64,000 nt of DNA from Gemmatimonadales bacterium (GTDB lineage Bacteria; Gemmatimonadota; Gemmatimonadetes; Gemmatimonadales; GWC2-71-9), in the NCBI GenBank assembly GCA_037189525.1, contig JBBCJC010000003.1:544001-608000 (forward strand), written 5' to 3'. The notes below the pieces were generated by a model. The model was not told the origin of the DNA. It saw only the letters and a program-made list of their open reading frames with translations, and did no database searches. A program made the position numbers and the translations under genes. Below are positions 51,588 to 61,614 of this stretch, one piece after another (positions within the stretch are counted from its first letter, which is position 1; every line of letters starts with the position of its first letter).

Positions 51588-52852
51588 GCGATTCCGCGAG
51601 CCCGTTGGTGGAGGCCGTAGAGCTCAGTTACCGCGACGCCCTCGAATTTCTCTTTCCCAGAACGACCGCCATCAAGTTCGGACTCGAGCGCACCGAGCGT
51701 TTACTCGAGGCGCTCGGCAACCCCCATCACGTGATGCCCGTCGTGCATGTCGGCGGGACCAACGGGAAGGGGAGCGTCACGACACTCGTGGTTGCTGCGC
51801 TGGCGGCGGCCGGGTGGCGGGTCGGGACCTATACGTCGCCGCATCTGGTCGATTTCCGTGAGCGGGTTACCGTGGACGGAGTGCCGATCTCGGAAGCTGC
51901 CGTCGCGATGTGGACCAACCGGCTGCGTGCCCTCATCGAGACCGAAGGCGCCACCTTTTTCGAAGCGACCACCGCGATTGCCTTTGCGGACCTGGCGGCG
52001 CGCGGGGCCGAGATTGCGGTGATCGAGGTCGGACTGGGTGGCCGGCTGGACAGCACCAACGTGGTTCGGCCGCTGGTGAGCGGAGTCACCAAGATCGCAA
52101 TGGACCACCAGAAGTACCTGGGCGACACGCTCGACCGGATTGCCGCGGAGAAGGCGTGGATTGCCAAGCCCGGGGCGCCGTTCGTCATCGGCGAAGAGGA
52201 CCCGGCGGTGATCGCCGTGCTGGAATCGGAAGCTGCCCGGGCGGTTCAATCTCTCGATCCCGCAGCGCGGCCCGACCTGCGGCTGGTGCCCGCCGGAGCG
52301 GTGTGGGAGGGGCCGCTGGGCCTGGCAGGCCCGCATCAGCGGCGCAACGCGGCGGTGGCAGCTGCCATGCTGGCTGCCCTGCCGGAGCCCTACCGCCCCA
52401 CCGCCCAGGCGACCGCCGAGGGGTTTGGGTCGGCGTTCGTGCCAGGCCGACTCGACCGGCGGGGAAAGTGGCTCTTCGACGTGGCGCACAATCCGGACGG
52501 GGTCCGGGCGTTGGTGCGGGCGCTCGAGGATCAGGGTCCGCCCAAGCCGATCCATGCCCTGGTCTCGATCCTGGGTGACAAGGAGTGGCCGGCCATGTTG
52601 GTCGAGCTCGACCGCGTCATCGATCAGGGCGTCCTCACGGTCGCGCCGTCGGCCGACACCCGGAAGTGGGATCTGGACTGGCTCCGCGCCTGGCTCGAAC
52701 GGTCGGATCGGCCGTCGCCGCACGCCCGCTGGCGGCTGATCGAGGACTTTCCGGCGGCGCTGGCGGAGGTCCAGCAGGGTGCCGGAACGGTGCTGGTCAC
52801 CGGCTCGTTTCACACCGTGGGCGACGTCATGGCGGCGCTGGGTTTCGCCTGA
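51584..52852 (+). CDS. folC: Folylpolyglutamate/dihydrofolate synthase
   Basis: HVGGTNGKGS, TSPHL, EVGLGGRLDSTN, DVAHNPDG, TGS. Confidence 0.95.
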   Translation: MSDSASPLVEAVELSYRDALEFLFPRTTAIKFGLERTERLLEALGNPHHVMPVVHVGGTNGKGSVTTLVVAALAAAGWRVGTYTSPHLVDFRERVTVDGVPISEAAVAMWTNRLRALIETEGATFFEATTAIAFADLAARGAEIAVIEVGLGGRLDSTNVVRPLVSGVTKIAMDHQKYLGDTLDRIAAEKAWIAKPGAPFVIGEEDPAVIAVLESEAARAVQSLDPAARPDLRLVPAGAVWEGPLGLAGPHQRRNAAVAAAMLAALPEPYRPTAQATAEGFGSAFVPGRLDRRGKWLFDVAHNPDGVRALVRALEDQGPPKPIHALVSILGDKEWPAMLVELDRVIDQGVLTVAPSADTRKWDLDWLRAWLERSDRPSPHARWRLIEDFPAALAEVQQGAGTVLVTGSFHTVGDVMAALGFA

Positions 52853-52896
52853 TCGAGCGCCGTCCATAACCGGGGGGCCCCCGTCTATATTGGGGC

Positions 52897-54210
52897 ATGG
52901 CGATTCAGGCCCTCCCCGGTTTCCGTGACTTCCATCCAGATGATCTCGCCGCTCGGTCGCACCTCTTCGGGGCGATGCGGCGCGTGGCCTTACGGTACGG
53001 CTTTCAGGAGTACGACGGCCCGCCGCTCGAGTCGCTGGAGCTCTATACCCGGAAGAGCGGGGATGAGATCGTCGGCCAGCTCTACAATTTCCGGGACAAG
53101 GGCGATCGGGAGGTTGCGCTCCGGCCGGAGATGACCCCGACGCTGGCCCGGATGGTGGCGCCCAAAGCGGGCGCCCTCAAGAAGCCGATCCGGTGGTTCT
53201 CGATCCCGCAGCTGTTCCGCTACGAACGGCAGCAGCGCGGTCGTCTCCGGGAGCATTTCCAGCTCAACTGCGATCTGATCGGCGAGGCCGGTCCGCTGGC
53301 CGACGCCGAGATCGTGGCCCTCTGCATCGACGTGATGCGGGAACTGGGCCTGACCGAGGCCGACGTGCGGGTGCGGATTTCCGATCGGCGTCTGTTGACG
53401 GGGATCCTGACCCAACTCGGCCTCACGGATGCGCAGCGGACGCTGGCGTTTCAGGCGCTCGACAAGCTCGGGCGGAGTGAGTACGCTGCGCGGGAGGCGG
53501 CCCTCCGCACTGCCGGCGTCGGCGACGCGGTGCTCGAGCGGCTGGCGGGGCTTGCCGCCATTACGAGTTGGGACGCCCTCGACGCGGCATTTCCGGAGCT
53601 GGGTGCGGACGCGGCACCGCTCCGCGCCAGCTGGCAGGCGCTCGAGGCCATGGGACTCGGCGGATTCCTCGATCTCGATCTGACGATCGTGCGGGGGCTC
53701 GCGTACTACACGGGTACGGTCTTCGAGTTGTTCGATGCCCAGCGGTCGCTGCGCGCCATCTGCGGCGGCGGGCGATACGACAATCTGCTGCAGGCCTTGG
53801 GCGGGGTCGATTTGCCGGCGCTCGGTTTCGGGATGGGCGATGTCGTCTTGGGAGAATTGCTGCGCGAACGCGGGCTCCTGCCGGGGGCGCCGGCCAGCGC
53901 GGATGTCTTCGTGGCCCAGGTCACTCCGGACGACCGCCCGCATGTGCTGGCGCTGACCCATCAGCTCCGGGATGCCGGGTTCCGGGTGGAGTTCCCGTTT
54001 GCGGAGCAGGCGATTGGCAAACAGCTCAAACTGGCCGACGCGCGTGGCGCGCGGGCCGTGGTGGTAATCGGGCCCGATGACCGGGCTCGTGGACACGTGA
54101 TACTCAAGGACCTGTCGGCAGGGTCGCAGCTGGCCGTCGAGCCGGCCCGCCTGCCGGACGCACTCGATCACATGGGTATTTCCAGGGTCGCAGCTCGGCT
54201 CGAGAGATAA
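52897..54210 (+). CDS. hisS: Histidine--tRNA ligase
   Basis: LRPEMT, FRYERQQRGRLREHFQ, RGLAYYTG, GGGRYD. Confidence 0.96.
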   Translation: MAIQALPGFRDFHPDDLAARSHLFGAMRRVALRYGFQEYDGPPLESLELYTRKSGDEIVGQLYNFRDKGDREVALRPEMTPTLARMVAPKAGALKKPIRWFSIPQLFRYERQQRGRLREHFQLNCDLIGEAGPLADAEIVALCIDVMRELGLTEADVRVRISDRRLLTGILTQLGLTDAQRTLAFQALDKLGRSEYAAREAALRTAGVGDAVLERLAGLAAITSWDALDAAFPELGADAAPLRASWQALEAMGLGGFLDLDLTIVRGLAYYTGTVFELFDAQRSLRAICGGGRYDNLLQALGGVDLPALGFGMGDVVLGELLRERGLLPGAPASADVFVAQVTPDDRPHVLALTHQLRDAGFRVEFPFAEQAIGKQLKLADARGARAVVVIGPDDRARGHVILKDLSAGSQLAVEPARLPDALDHMGISRVAARLER

Positions 54211-54219
54211 GGAATCGTC

Positions 54220-55671
54220 ATGTCGGACAACAAAGCACTCACGACGCGGGCGCAGGACTTCAGCGCCTGGTACAACGAACTGATCGCCCGCGCCGAACTG
54301 GCGGACTACAGCCCGGTACGCGGCTGTATGGTGATTCGTCCGAACGGGTTTGCGATCTGGGAGCACATGCAGTTGGCGCTCGACCGGATGTTCAAAGACA
54401 CCGGCGTGCAGAATGCGTACTTCCCGCTCTTCATTCCGCAGAGCTTCCTGGCCAAGGAAGCCGAGCACGTCGAGGGCTTTGCGCCGGAAACCGCGGTCGT
54501 CACGCATGGCGGTGGTAAGGAACTCGAGGAGCCGCTGGTGGTCCGGCCGACCTCGGAAACGATCATCGGGTCGATGATGGCCAAGTGGATTCAGAGCCAT
54601 CGGGATCTCCCGATGCTGCTGAATCAGTGGTGCAACGTGGTGCGTTGGGAAATGCGGACCCGGCTCTTCCTGCGCACCACCGAGTTCCTCTGGCAGGAAG
54701 GGCATACGGCCCATGCCACCGAGGCGGACGCCGAGGCACGGACGCTCGAGATGCTGCAGGTGTATCGGCGGTTCCAGGAGGATTATCTCGCCATTCCGGT
54801 CATCTCGGGGCGGAAGAGCGAAAGCGAGAAGTTCGCGGGGGCGCTGCGCACCTACGCGCTCGAAGGCCTGATGCAGGACAACAAAGCCCTCCAGCTGGCG
54901 ACCAGCCATAATCTCGGGCAGAACTTTGCCAAGGCGTTCGACATCACGTATCAGACTGCGGACGGCGGTCTCGAACACGTCTGGAATACGTCGTGGGGCT
55001 CCTCGACCCGGATGATCGGTGGCATGATCATGGCGCACAGCGACGATGCCGGCTTCGTCTGTCCGCCTCGGCTGGCGCAGTGGCAGGTGGTGATCGTGCC
55101 GATCTACAAGACCGATGCGGAGCGAGTGACGGTATTCGAGGCTGCGACCCGGCTGGCTGCCGAGCTCAAGGCGCAGGAGCTGCGCGTCATGGTCGATATC
55201 CGAGAGGGGATCAAGCCGGGCGCCAAGTACTACGAGTGGGAAGGACGCGGGGTGCCGTTCCGGATCGAGATCGGTCCTCGCGATCTCACCACCAACTCGG
55301 TCATGCTCGCTCGGCGCGCAGGCGGGCCCAAGGCATCGTTTCCTCTCGCGGGACTCGGCGGGCGTCTGCATGGCGAGATCGATGCCATGCAGCGGGCGCT
55401 GCTCGATACGGCGCGGACCCGACGGGAGGCCAACACGCTGCGTGGCCCCAAGAGCAAGCAGGAGTTCATCGACTACCTGGAAAGCGGTGGCGGAATGGTC
55501 TACGCCGGTTGGTGCGGAAGCCCGGCCGTCGAGGCCGAGATCAAGGAAGCGACCAAGGCCACCATTCGGGTCATTCCGGACCCGGAGTTCCGGTCGGCCA
55601 CGCCGCCCTCTACCTGCATCTGGACCGGCGAGCGCGCCGTGTCCGAAGTCGTGTTTGCGAGGGCCTATTGA
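54220..55671 (+). CDS. proS: Proline--tRNA ligase, archaeal/eukaryote-like type
   Basis: RPTSET, NQWCNVVRWE, FLRTTEFLWQEGHT, SHNLGQNF, C-terminal FARAY. Confidence 0.96.
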   Translation: MSDNKALTTRAQDFSAWYNELIARAELADYSPVRGCMVIRPNGFAIWEHMQLALDRMFKDTGVQNAYFPLFIPQSFLAKEAEHVEGFAPETAVVTHGGGKELEEPLVVRPTSETIIGSMMAKWIQSHRDLPMLLNQWCNVVRWEMRTRLFLRTTEFLWQEGHTAHATEADAEARTLEMLQVYRRFQEDYLAIPVISGRKSESEKFAGALRTYALEGLMQDNKALQLATSHNLGQNFAKAFDITYQTADGGLEHVWNTSWGSSTRMIGGMIMAHSDDAGFVCPPRLAQWQVVIVPIYKTDAERVTVFEAATRLAAELKAQELRVMVDIREGIKPGAKYYEWEGRGVPFRIEIGPRDLTTNSVMLARRAGGPKASFPLAGLGGRLHGEIDAMQRALLDTARTRREANTLRGPKSKQEFIDYLESGGGMVYAGWCGSPAVEAEIKEATKATIRVIPDPEFRSATPPSTCIWTGERAVSEVVFARAY

Positions 55672-55718
55672 GCACACCGATTGTCCGCAACACCGGCGCC
55701 CAGGCGCCGGCCGATCCG

Positions 55719-56999
55719 ATGCCGCTGTTTGCGGACGCCGGTCTGGAACGTGACGGGCACGGCGTCCTGCGCATGGATGGCGTGGCGCTCGACTCGATTG
55801 CGGCCGATGTCGGAACCCCGACCTACGTCTATCACGCTGCGCCGATTCGGGAGCGCTTTCAGGCCCTGACATCGGCGTTTCGTGACATTCCCCACGAGAT
55901 TCACTTCGCGGTCAAAGCGAACTCGAATCTTGCCGTCCTGCATCTGCTCAAAGAACTCGGGGCCGGCGCCGACATCGTATCGGGAGGCGAACTCCAGCGG
56001 GCGTTGCGCGCTGGTTTCGATCCCGGCTTGATCGTGTTCAGCGGGGTCGGGAAGTCGGAGGAGGAACTCGAAGCGGCCGTGGCGGCGCAGATCGGAAGCA
56101 TCAACATCGAAGCGCCCGAAGAGATGACGGTGCTCGAACGGATTGCCGCTCGCCGATCCGATCCGACGCCGATCCGGCTGGGCATTCGGGTCAATCCCGA
56201 TGTGGCGGCCGAGACCCATCCGTACATTTCGACCGGTATGGGCGGGATCAAGTTCGGGGTTCCGGCCGAACAGGTACCGGCGCTTGCCAAGCGGATTGCC
56301 GCCAATCCGCGGTTCACGCTGGTCAGCATTGCGATGCACCTGGGCAGCCAGTTGCTCGATCCGGCCCCGTTCGCCAGCGGAGCTGCCAAGCTGACTCAGC
56401 TGCTCGACCAGCTGGTTGCCCTTGGTATCACGACGATCACCACGCTCGATGCCGGCGGTGGGTTGGGCATTCGATATCGGGACGAAACGCCGCTCAGTCC
56501 AGAGGCGCTTGCCGCGCAGCTCCGGCCCATCGTAGCCGGACGCGGGCTCACGCTGCATCTCGAGCCGGGGCGCTTTCTCGTGGGCAGCGCGGGTGTGCTG
56601 CTCACCGAGGTGCTCTATCGGAAGCGATCGGGTGGTAAAGATTTCGTCATCGTCGACGCCTCGATGACGGATCTGGTGCGCCCGAGCCACTATCAGGCCT
56701 ACCACGCCATGGTCGAAACGACCCGCCGTCATCCGGGCGGCATCGTGGCTGATGTGGTCGGTCCGGTCTGCGAAACCGGCGACTTCCTGGCGCTCGATCG
56801 TGCGCTTCCCGACGTGCAGCCGGGCGAGCGGATCGCGATTCTCTGTGCCGGAGCCTATGGCGCCGTAATGTCCTCCAACTACAACACCAGGCCCCGGGCG
56901 CCGGAGGTGCTGGTCGATCGCGGCCGGTACGCCGTTGCCCGCCCGCGTGAGACGATCGACGCGCTATTCCGCGACGAGATCGTCGAGCCGTTACCGTAA
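55719..56999 (+). CDS. lysA: Diaminopimelate decarboxylase
   Basis: [38 protein letters not shown]; alternative TTG start at 55668. Confidence 0.95.
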   Translation: MPLFADAGLERDGHGVLRMDGVALDSIAADVGTPTYVYHAAPIRERFQALTSAFRDIPHEIHFAVKANSNLAVLHLLKELGAGADIVSGGELQRALRAGFDPGLIVFSGVGKSEEELEAAVAAQIGSINIEAPEEMTVLERIAARRSDPTPIRLGIRVNPDVAAETHPYISTGMGGIKFGVPAEQVPALAKRIAANPRFTLVSIAMHLGSQLLDPAPFASGAAKLTQLLDQLVALGITTITTLDAGGGLGIRYRDETPLSPEALAAQLRPIVAGRGLTLHLEPGRFLVGSAGVLLTEVLYRKRSGGKDFVIVDASMTDLVRPSHYQAYHAMVETTRRHPGGIVADVVGPVCETGDFLALDRALPDVQPGERIAILCAGAYGAVMSSNYNTRPRAPEVLVDRGRYAVARPRETIDALFRDEIVEPLP

Positions 57000-57009
57000 C
57001 AGGTTGCCC

Positions 57010-58560
57010 GTGAGCAAGAACGCAATTCTCATCCTGGACTTCGGGTCCCAGTTCACGCAGCTGATTGCGCGCCGGGTCCGCGAGGCGCACGTCTATTGCG
57101 AAATCCATCCGCCGACGCGCTCGCTCGAGTGGATCAAGGCCTGGAATCCAAAGGGGATCATCCTTTCCGGCGGGCCCAACTCGGTCTACGACGAGGGAGC
57201 GCCGACTGCTCCGCAGAATCTGCTCGACCTCGATGTTCCGGTGCTTGGCCTCTGCTACGGGATGCAGATCATGGCGCAGCTGGCGGGCGGCACGGTGGTG
57301 CCGGCCGGCCGGCGGGAGTATGGCCGGGCGCAGATCACGGTGCAGGGTGGCAAGCTGTTTGGCGGTTTCCATGCCGGTGAAGGCACCACGGTGTGGATGA
57401 GCCACGGCGATCACGTCGATGCGGTGCCGCCCGGGTATCGCCTGACGGCGTCGAGTGACAATTGCCCGATTGCGGGTATCGAGCACGAGCAGAAGCCCTG
57501 GTATGCGGTCCAGTTCCATCCGGAGGTGGCGCATACGGCCCGGGGCGGGGAAATCCTGAACGCCTTTCTGTTCGACATCTGCGCCTGCACGCCGGATTGG
57601 ACTTCGGCGCATTTCATCGAGACCGAGGTCGCCAAGGTTCGGGCGCAGACGGGGGAGACGGCGCGCGTCATCTGCGGCCTGTCGGGTGGGGTCGATTCGG
57701 CGGTGGCGGCGGCGCTGGTGCACCGAGCCGTTGGCGACCGACTCACCTGCATCTTCGTCGATCACGGCCTCTTGCGTCTGCATGAGCGCGAGCAGGTCGA
57801 ACAGACCTTTCGCCGCCACTTAGGGATAGATCTCCGCGTCGTCGACGCGAGCGAACAGTTTCTCGGCCTCTTGGCCGGAGTGACGGATCCCGAGCAGAAA
57901 CGGCGGATCATCGGCCATACCTTCATCGATGTCTTCGAGCAGGCGGCCAAAGAAGTTGGCGAGGGCGTCGGGTTTCTGGTGCAGGGCACGCTCTATCCCG
58001 ACGTGATCGAATCGGTGTCGCCGACGGGCGGCCCTTCGGTGACGATCAAGAGTCATCACAACGTGGGCGGCTTGCCCGAGCGGCTGCCGTTCAAGCTGGT
58101 CGAGCCGCTCCGCGAGCTCTTCAAGGATGAAGTCCGCTCGGTGGGCAGAGAACTGGGCCTGCCTGAGGAGATCGTCGGGCGGCATCCGTTTCCGGGGCCG
58201 GGCCTCGCCATCCGGATTTTGGGGGACATCACTCGGCCCTCGCTCGATACGCTCCGCCAGGCCGACGCGATCTATCTCGAGGAGATTCGCGCCGCCGGAC
58301 TCTACGATGACATCTGGCAGGCCTTTGCAGTGCTGCTGCCGATCCGCTCGGTCGGTGTGCAGGGTGACGGCCGGACCTACGATCAGGTGGTCGCCCTCCG
58401 CGCGGTGACCAGCCGCGACGGTATGACGGCGGATTGGTACCCGTTCCCGCCGGAAGTCATGGGCCGGATCTCCAATCGGATTGCCAACGAGGTCCGCGGC
58501 GTCAATCGGGTCGTCTACGACGTGAGTTCCAAGCCGCCGGCCACGATCGAGTGGGAGTGA
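57010..58560 (+). CDS. guaA: GMP synthase
   Basis: [39 protein letters not shown]. Confidence 0.97.
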   Translation: MSKNAILILDFGSQFTQLIARRVREAHVYCEIHPPTRSLEWIKAWNPKGIILSGGPNSVYDEGAPTAPQNLLDLDVPVLGLCYGMQIMAQLAGGTVVPAGRREYGRAQITVQGGKLFGGFHAGEGTTVWMSHGDHVDAVPPGYRLTASSDNCPIAGIEHEQKPWYAVQFHPEVAHTARGGEILNAFLFDICACTPDWTSAHFIETEVAKVRAQTGETARVICGLSGGVDSAVAAALVHRAVGDRLTCIFVDHGLLRLHEREQVEQTFRRHLGIDLRVVDASEQFLGLLAGVTDPEQKRRIIGHTFIDVFEQAAKEVGEGVGFLVQGTLYPDVIESVSPTGGPSVTIKSHHNVGGLPERLPFKLVEPLRELFKDEVRSVGRELGLPEEIVGRHPFPGPGLAIRILGDITRPSLDTLRQADAIYLEEIRAAGLYDDIWQAFAVLLPIRSVGVQGDGRTYDQVVALRAVTSRDGMTADWYPFPPEVMGRISNRIANEVRGVNRVVYDVSSKPPATIEWE

Positions 58561-58665
58561 CGCCGCTCATCGAGACTGTCCGGACGTAGGTTCTGCGGAG
58601 CCGGCGTCAGACTTCATTGCGGTCACGCCGGTACTGTCCCCTCGGTACGAGGCAACGTCGGTGAA

Positions 58666-59448
58666 ATGACTCCGAGAGCGGAGAACGCAGGCGATCTGCG
58701 TGTCCTGGTGACGGCCGCCGGCGGTGGCCTCGGCCGGGTCGTGGCAACCCGATTCCGCCTGGCTGGTGCGCAGGTCGTGGCGTGTGACATCGACCGGCCG
58801 GCGATCGAGTCGCTCGTTGCGGAGACCGGGGCCATCGGGCTCGCCGCCGATGCCGGCATCGAGGCGGCGGTACGGTCGATCTTCGAGGTCGTCGATGACC
58901 GGCTGGGCGGGCTCGATGTGCTGGTCAACAACGTCGGTATCGCCGGTCCAACGGCCGCTGCCGAGGACGTGGCGCTCGAGCAGTGGGAAAGTTGTCTCCG
59001 CGCCAACCTGACCAGTCATTTCCTGTTTGCCCGCGCCGCCATTCCCGGCATGAAACGGCAGGGCAGCGGGCTCATCGTCAATATTTCCTCGGGCAGTGCC
59101 AAGGTCGGCTTGCCGCTCCGGCTGCCGTATGTCGTGTCGAAAGGCGCGGTGTTGAGCCTGACGACCAACCTGGCCCGCGAACTCGGTCCTTTCGGCATTC
59201 GGGTCAACGCCATCCTTCCCGGCGCCATTCGCGGCCCAAGAATCGAGCGTGTCGTCGCCGCGAAAGCGGAGGCGCTCGGCGTGCCGGCGGCCGAGTATGA
59301 GCGGTCGCTGCTGCGCTACATCTCGATGCGGACCATGGTCGAGCCCGATGATATCGCCGCCATGATCGAGTTCCTGGCCTCGCCCGCGGGGAGCCGGATC
59401 TCGGGGCAGCTGATCGGTGTCGACGGCAATGTGGAATGGGAGGAATAG
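58666..59448 (+). CDS. Short-chain dehydrogenase/reductase
   Basis: TAAGGGLG, LVNNVG, NISS, YVVSK, RVNAILPG. Confidence 0.92.
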   Translation: MTPRAENAGDLRVLVTAAGGGLGRVVATRFRLAGAQVVACDIDRPAIESLVAETGAIGLAADAGIEAAVRSIFEVVDDRLGGLDVLVNNVGIAGPTAAAEDVALEQWESCLRANLTSHFLFARAAIPGMKRQGSGLIVNISSGSAKVGLPLRLPYVVSKGAVLSLTTNLARELGPFGIRVNAILPGAIRGPRIERVVAAKAEALGVPAAEYERSLLRYISMRTMVEPDDIAAMIEFLASPAGSRISGQLIGVDGNVEWEE

Positions 59449-59619
59449 GGTGGGGACGCTGACCTGCTGCCGGTCCCCCACTGAGCCGCCCGCGTAGAAC
59501 CTACGGGATTGTCCTGATTCAACGAGACAACCGTCAGCCGGCTGTGTCGCCCCCCCTCATAGTTGTGATGTACCGTCCTGCTGGAGACGCTGCGGTACCG
59601 CCCGGACCGAGGTGATTGA

Positions 59620-60072
59620 CTAAGCGGTCTTGAGATCCAGAAGGTCCAGGAACTCGTCGGTCGACGTGAGGCGGCTCAGCCGGAGCGGGACTTCGGGGTC
59701 TTTGGCAAGCTGCGCAATCTTCCCGAGCACCGGCAGGTACTGGTTGGCGACCTCGGAGGGAGGAGCGACGATCAGGAACACGTTGTTGACGATCTTCTGA
59801 TCGATGGAATTGAAGTCGATCCCGCTCTGATGCCGGCCAAAAGCGACCCGAAGCCGGTTCACGGCAAGCGTGCGACAGTGGGGCACCGCCACGCCCCGTC
59901 CGATCCCGGTCGACCCCAACTGCTCTCGGCGCTGGACCAGCCGCAACACGGTGCCGTGCGAACGGGGATCGATGCCGAGGAGATGCACCATCTCTGCCAG
60001 CACCGCATCCTTGTCGGTACCGTGGAGGTCGAGCGAAATTGCTCGAGCATCGAAAAAGTCGCGCAGTCGCAT
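59620..60072 (-). CDS. PTS EIIA (Ntr/fructose-type) domain protein
   Basis: RE..GSTGIGRGVAVPH phospho-His motif. Confidence 0.9.
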   Translation of the reverse strand: MRLRDFFDARAISLDLHGTDKDAVLAEMVHLLGIDPRSHGTVLRLVQRREQLGSTGIGRGVAVPHCRTLAVNRLRVAFGRHQSGIDFNSIDQKIVNNVFLIVAPPSEVANQYLPVLGKIAQLAKDPEVPLRLSRLTSTDEFLDLLDLKTA

Positions 60073-60180
60073 GCGGGGGGAAGTCTATGATTTCGACCGG
60101 AAATCCGGTAGGGTCATCGGCCGTATCCTGCGCACATCCTGCTGGTCGTTACAGTCGCACCCTTAGCCACCGAGGATTCC

Positions 60181-60567
60181 ATGGCGCTCTCTGCCGCGCA
60201 GTCGCTGAGTCTCGTTCGTCGGATCGTGGCTGCAATACTGCTGATTCACGGTGTGGCCCGGATTGCGCACGGCGGAGTGGCGGGGTTTGGCGAGTTTCTC
60301 AACGGGCAGGGCATCCCGCTGGGCAATTGGTTGGCCTGGGCGATCTCGATCTTCGAGGTCGCGGGTGGTATCGCGCTGTTCCTCGGCCGGTTCGTGCGAC
60401 CGGTGGCCTGGATCTTTGCCGTGCAGTTGGCGGCAGGGATTGCGCTGGTCCATGCTCGTGAAGGATGGTTCGTGGTGGGTCTGGGGCGGAATGGGGTGGA
60501 ATTCAGCGTACTCCTGATCGGCTGCCTCGTCGCCCTGGCGCTGGCTCAGGAGCCGACTCGCAAGTAG
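60181..60567 (+). CDS. DoxX family membrane protein
   Basis: HG after first TM, EVAGG, VH...GWF...NGVEF. Confidence 0.88.
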   Translation: MALSAAQSLSLVRRIVAAILLIHGVARIAHGGVAGFGEFLNGQGIPLGNWLAWAISIFEVAGGIALFLGRFVRPVAWIFAVQLAAGIALVHAREGWFVVGLGRNGVEFSVLLIGCLVALALAQEPTRK

Positions 60568-60576
60568 TTTTAAGCC

Positions 60577-61560
60577 ATGCGGTTACCGTACGCCACCTCG
60601 ATCGAGACCCCGTTGATCCTGGCCCCCATGGCCGGGGTCTCGGAGGCGCCCTTCCGGCAGATTTGCCGGCAGTTCGGCGCGGATGTCCTGATGACCGAGT
60701 TCCTGGCGGCCGAGGCCATCCGCCGGGGCATTCGCGCCACGCTGGAAGGCTGCGAGTTCGAGTCGATCGAACGTCCGCTCGGCGTGCAGATCTACGGGGC
60801 GGATCCGGACGCGATGGCCCGCGCCGCCGAAATCGTAACCGCAGAGTATGCGCCCGACTTCATCGACATCAACTTCGGGTGTCCGGTCAAGAAGGTGGTG
60901 CAACGGAACGGCGGGTCGGGCTGCCTCCGCGACATGGACCTGGTGACCAAGATCATCCGGGCCGTGGTGCGCGCGACCCAGTTGCCGGTCACGGTCAAGA
61001 CGCGGAGCGGCTGGAGCGAGGATTCCCGTCAGCCGGTCGAGATTGCCCTTCGGATGCAGGACGCCGGCGCCAAGGCTTTTACGCTGCATGCGCGGACCCG
61101 GACCCAGATGTTTTCGGGCAACGCCAACTGGGACGAGATTGCGCGCGTCGTCGAAGCGCTCGAGATCCCGGTCATCGGCAACGGCGACATCGAATCGCCG
61201 GCCGACCTGGTGCGGATGAAGGAACATACCGGTTGCGCAGCAATCATGATCGGGCGCGGGTCGTTCGGCAATCCGTGGCTGTTCGAACAGGGCAGGGCGC
61301 TCCTCGACGGCGCCGCCGACTTCCGGCGTCCGTCGCCGGCGGAACGGTTCGAGGTCGCGCTGCGCCATGCCGAGCTGGCGCTCAGGCTCCAGGGCGATTC
61401 GCGCCGAACGGTCATCGAGTTCCGGAAGCACCTGGGCTGGTACACCAAGGGGCTGCCGCAGGCATCGTCCCTTCGCGAACGTCTCTTCCAGGTCGAGACC
61501 ATGTCCGCAGCCGAAGCGATCTTTCGCGAGTATCTTGAGGCAAGTACCATAGGCGTCTGA
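60577..61560 (+). CDS. dusB: tRNA-dihydrouridine synthase B
   Basis: LAPMAGVS, IDINFGCP, HARTR, IGNGDI, MIGRG..GNPW, RKHLGWY. Confidence 0.93.
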   Translation: MRLPYATSIETPLILAPMAGVSEAPFRQICRQFGADVLMTEFLAAEAIRRGIRATLEGCEFESIERPLGVQIYGADPDAMARAAEIVTAEYAPDFIDINFGCPVKKVVQRNGGSGCLRDMDLVTKIIRAVVRATQLPVTVKTRSGWSEDSRQPVEIALRMQDAGAKAFTLHARTRTQMFSGNANWDEIARVVEALEIPVIGNGDIESPADLVRMKEHTGCAAIMIGRGSFGNPWLFEQGRALLDGAADFRRPSPAERFEVALRHAELALRLQGDSRRTVIEFRKHLGWYTKGLPQASSLRERLFQVETMSAAEAIFREYLEASTIGV

Positions 61561-61614
61561 TCGATTCCGTCCGGTACGGTTCTCCTCTTTCCGATGACAT
61601 CTAAGGAGCGCTCG

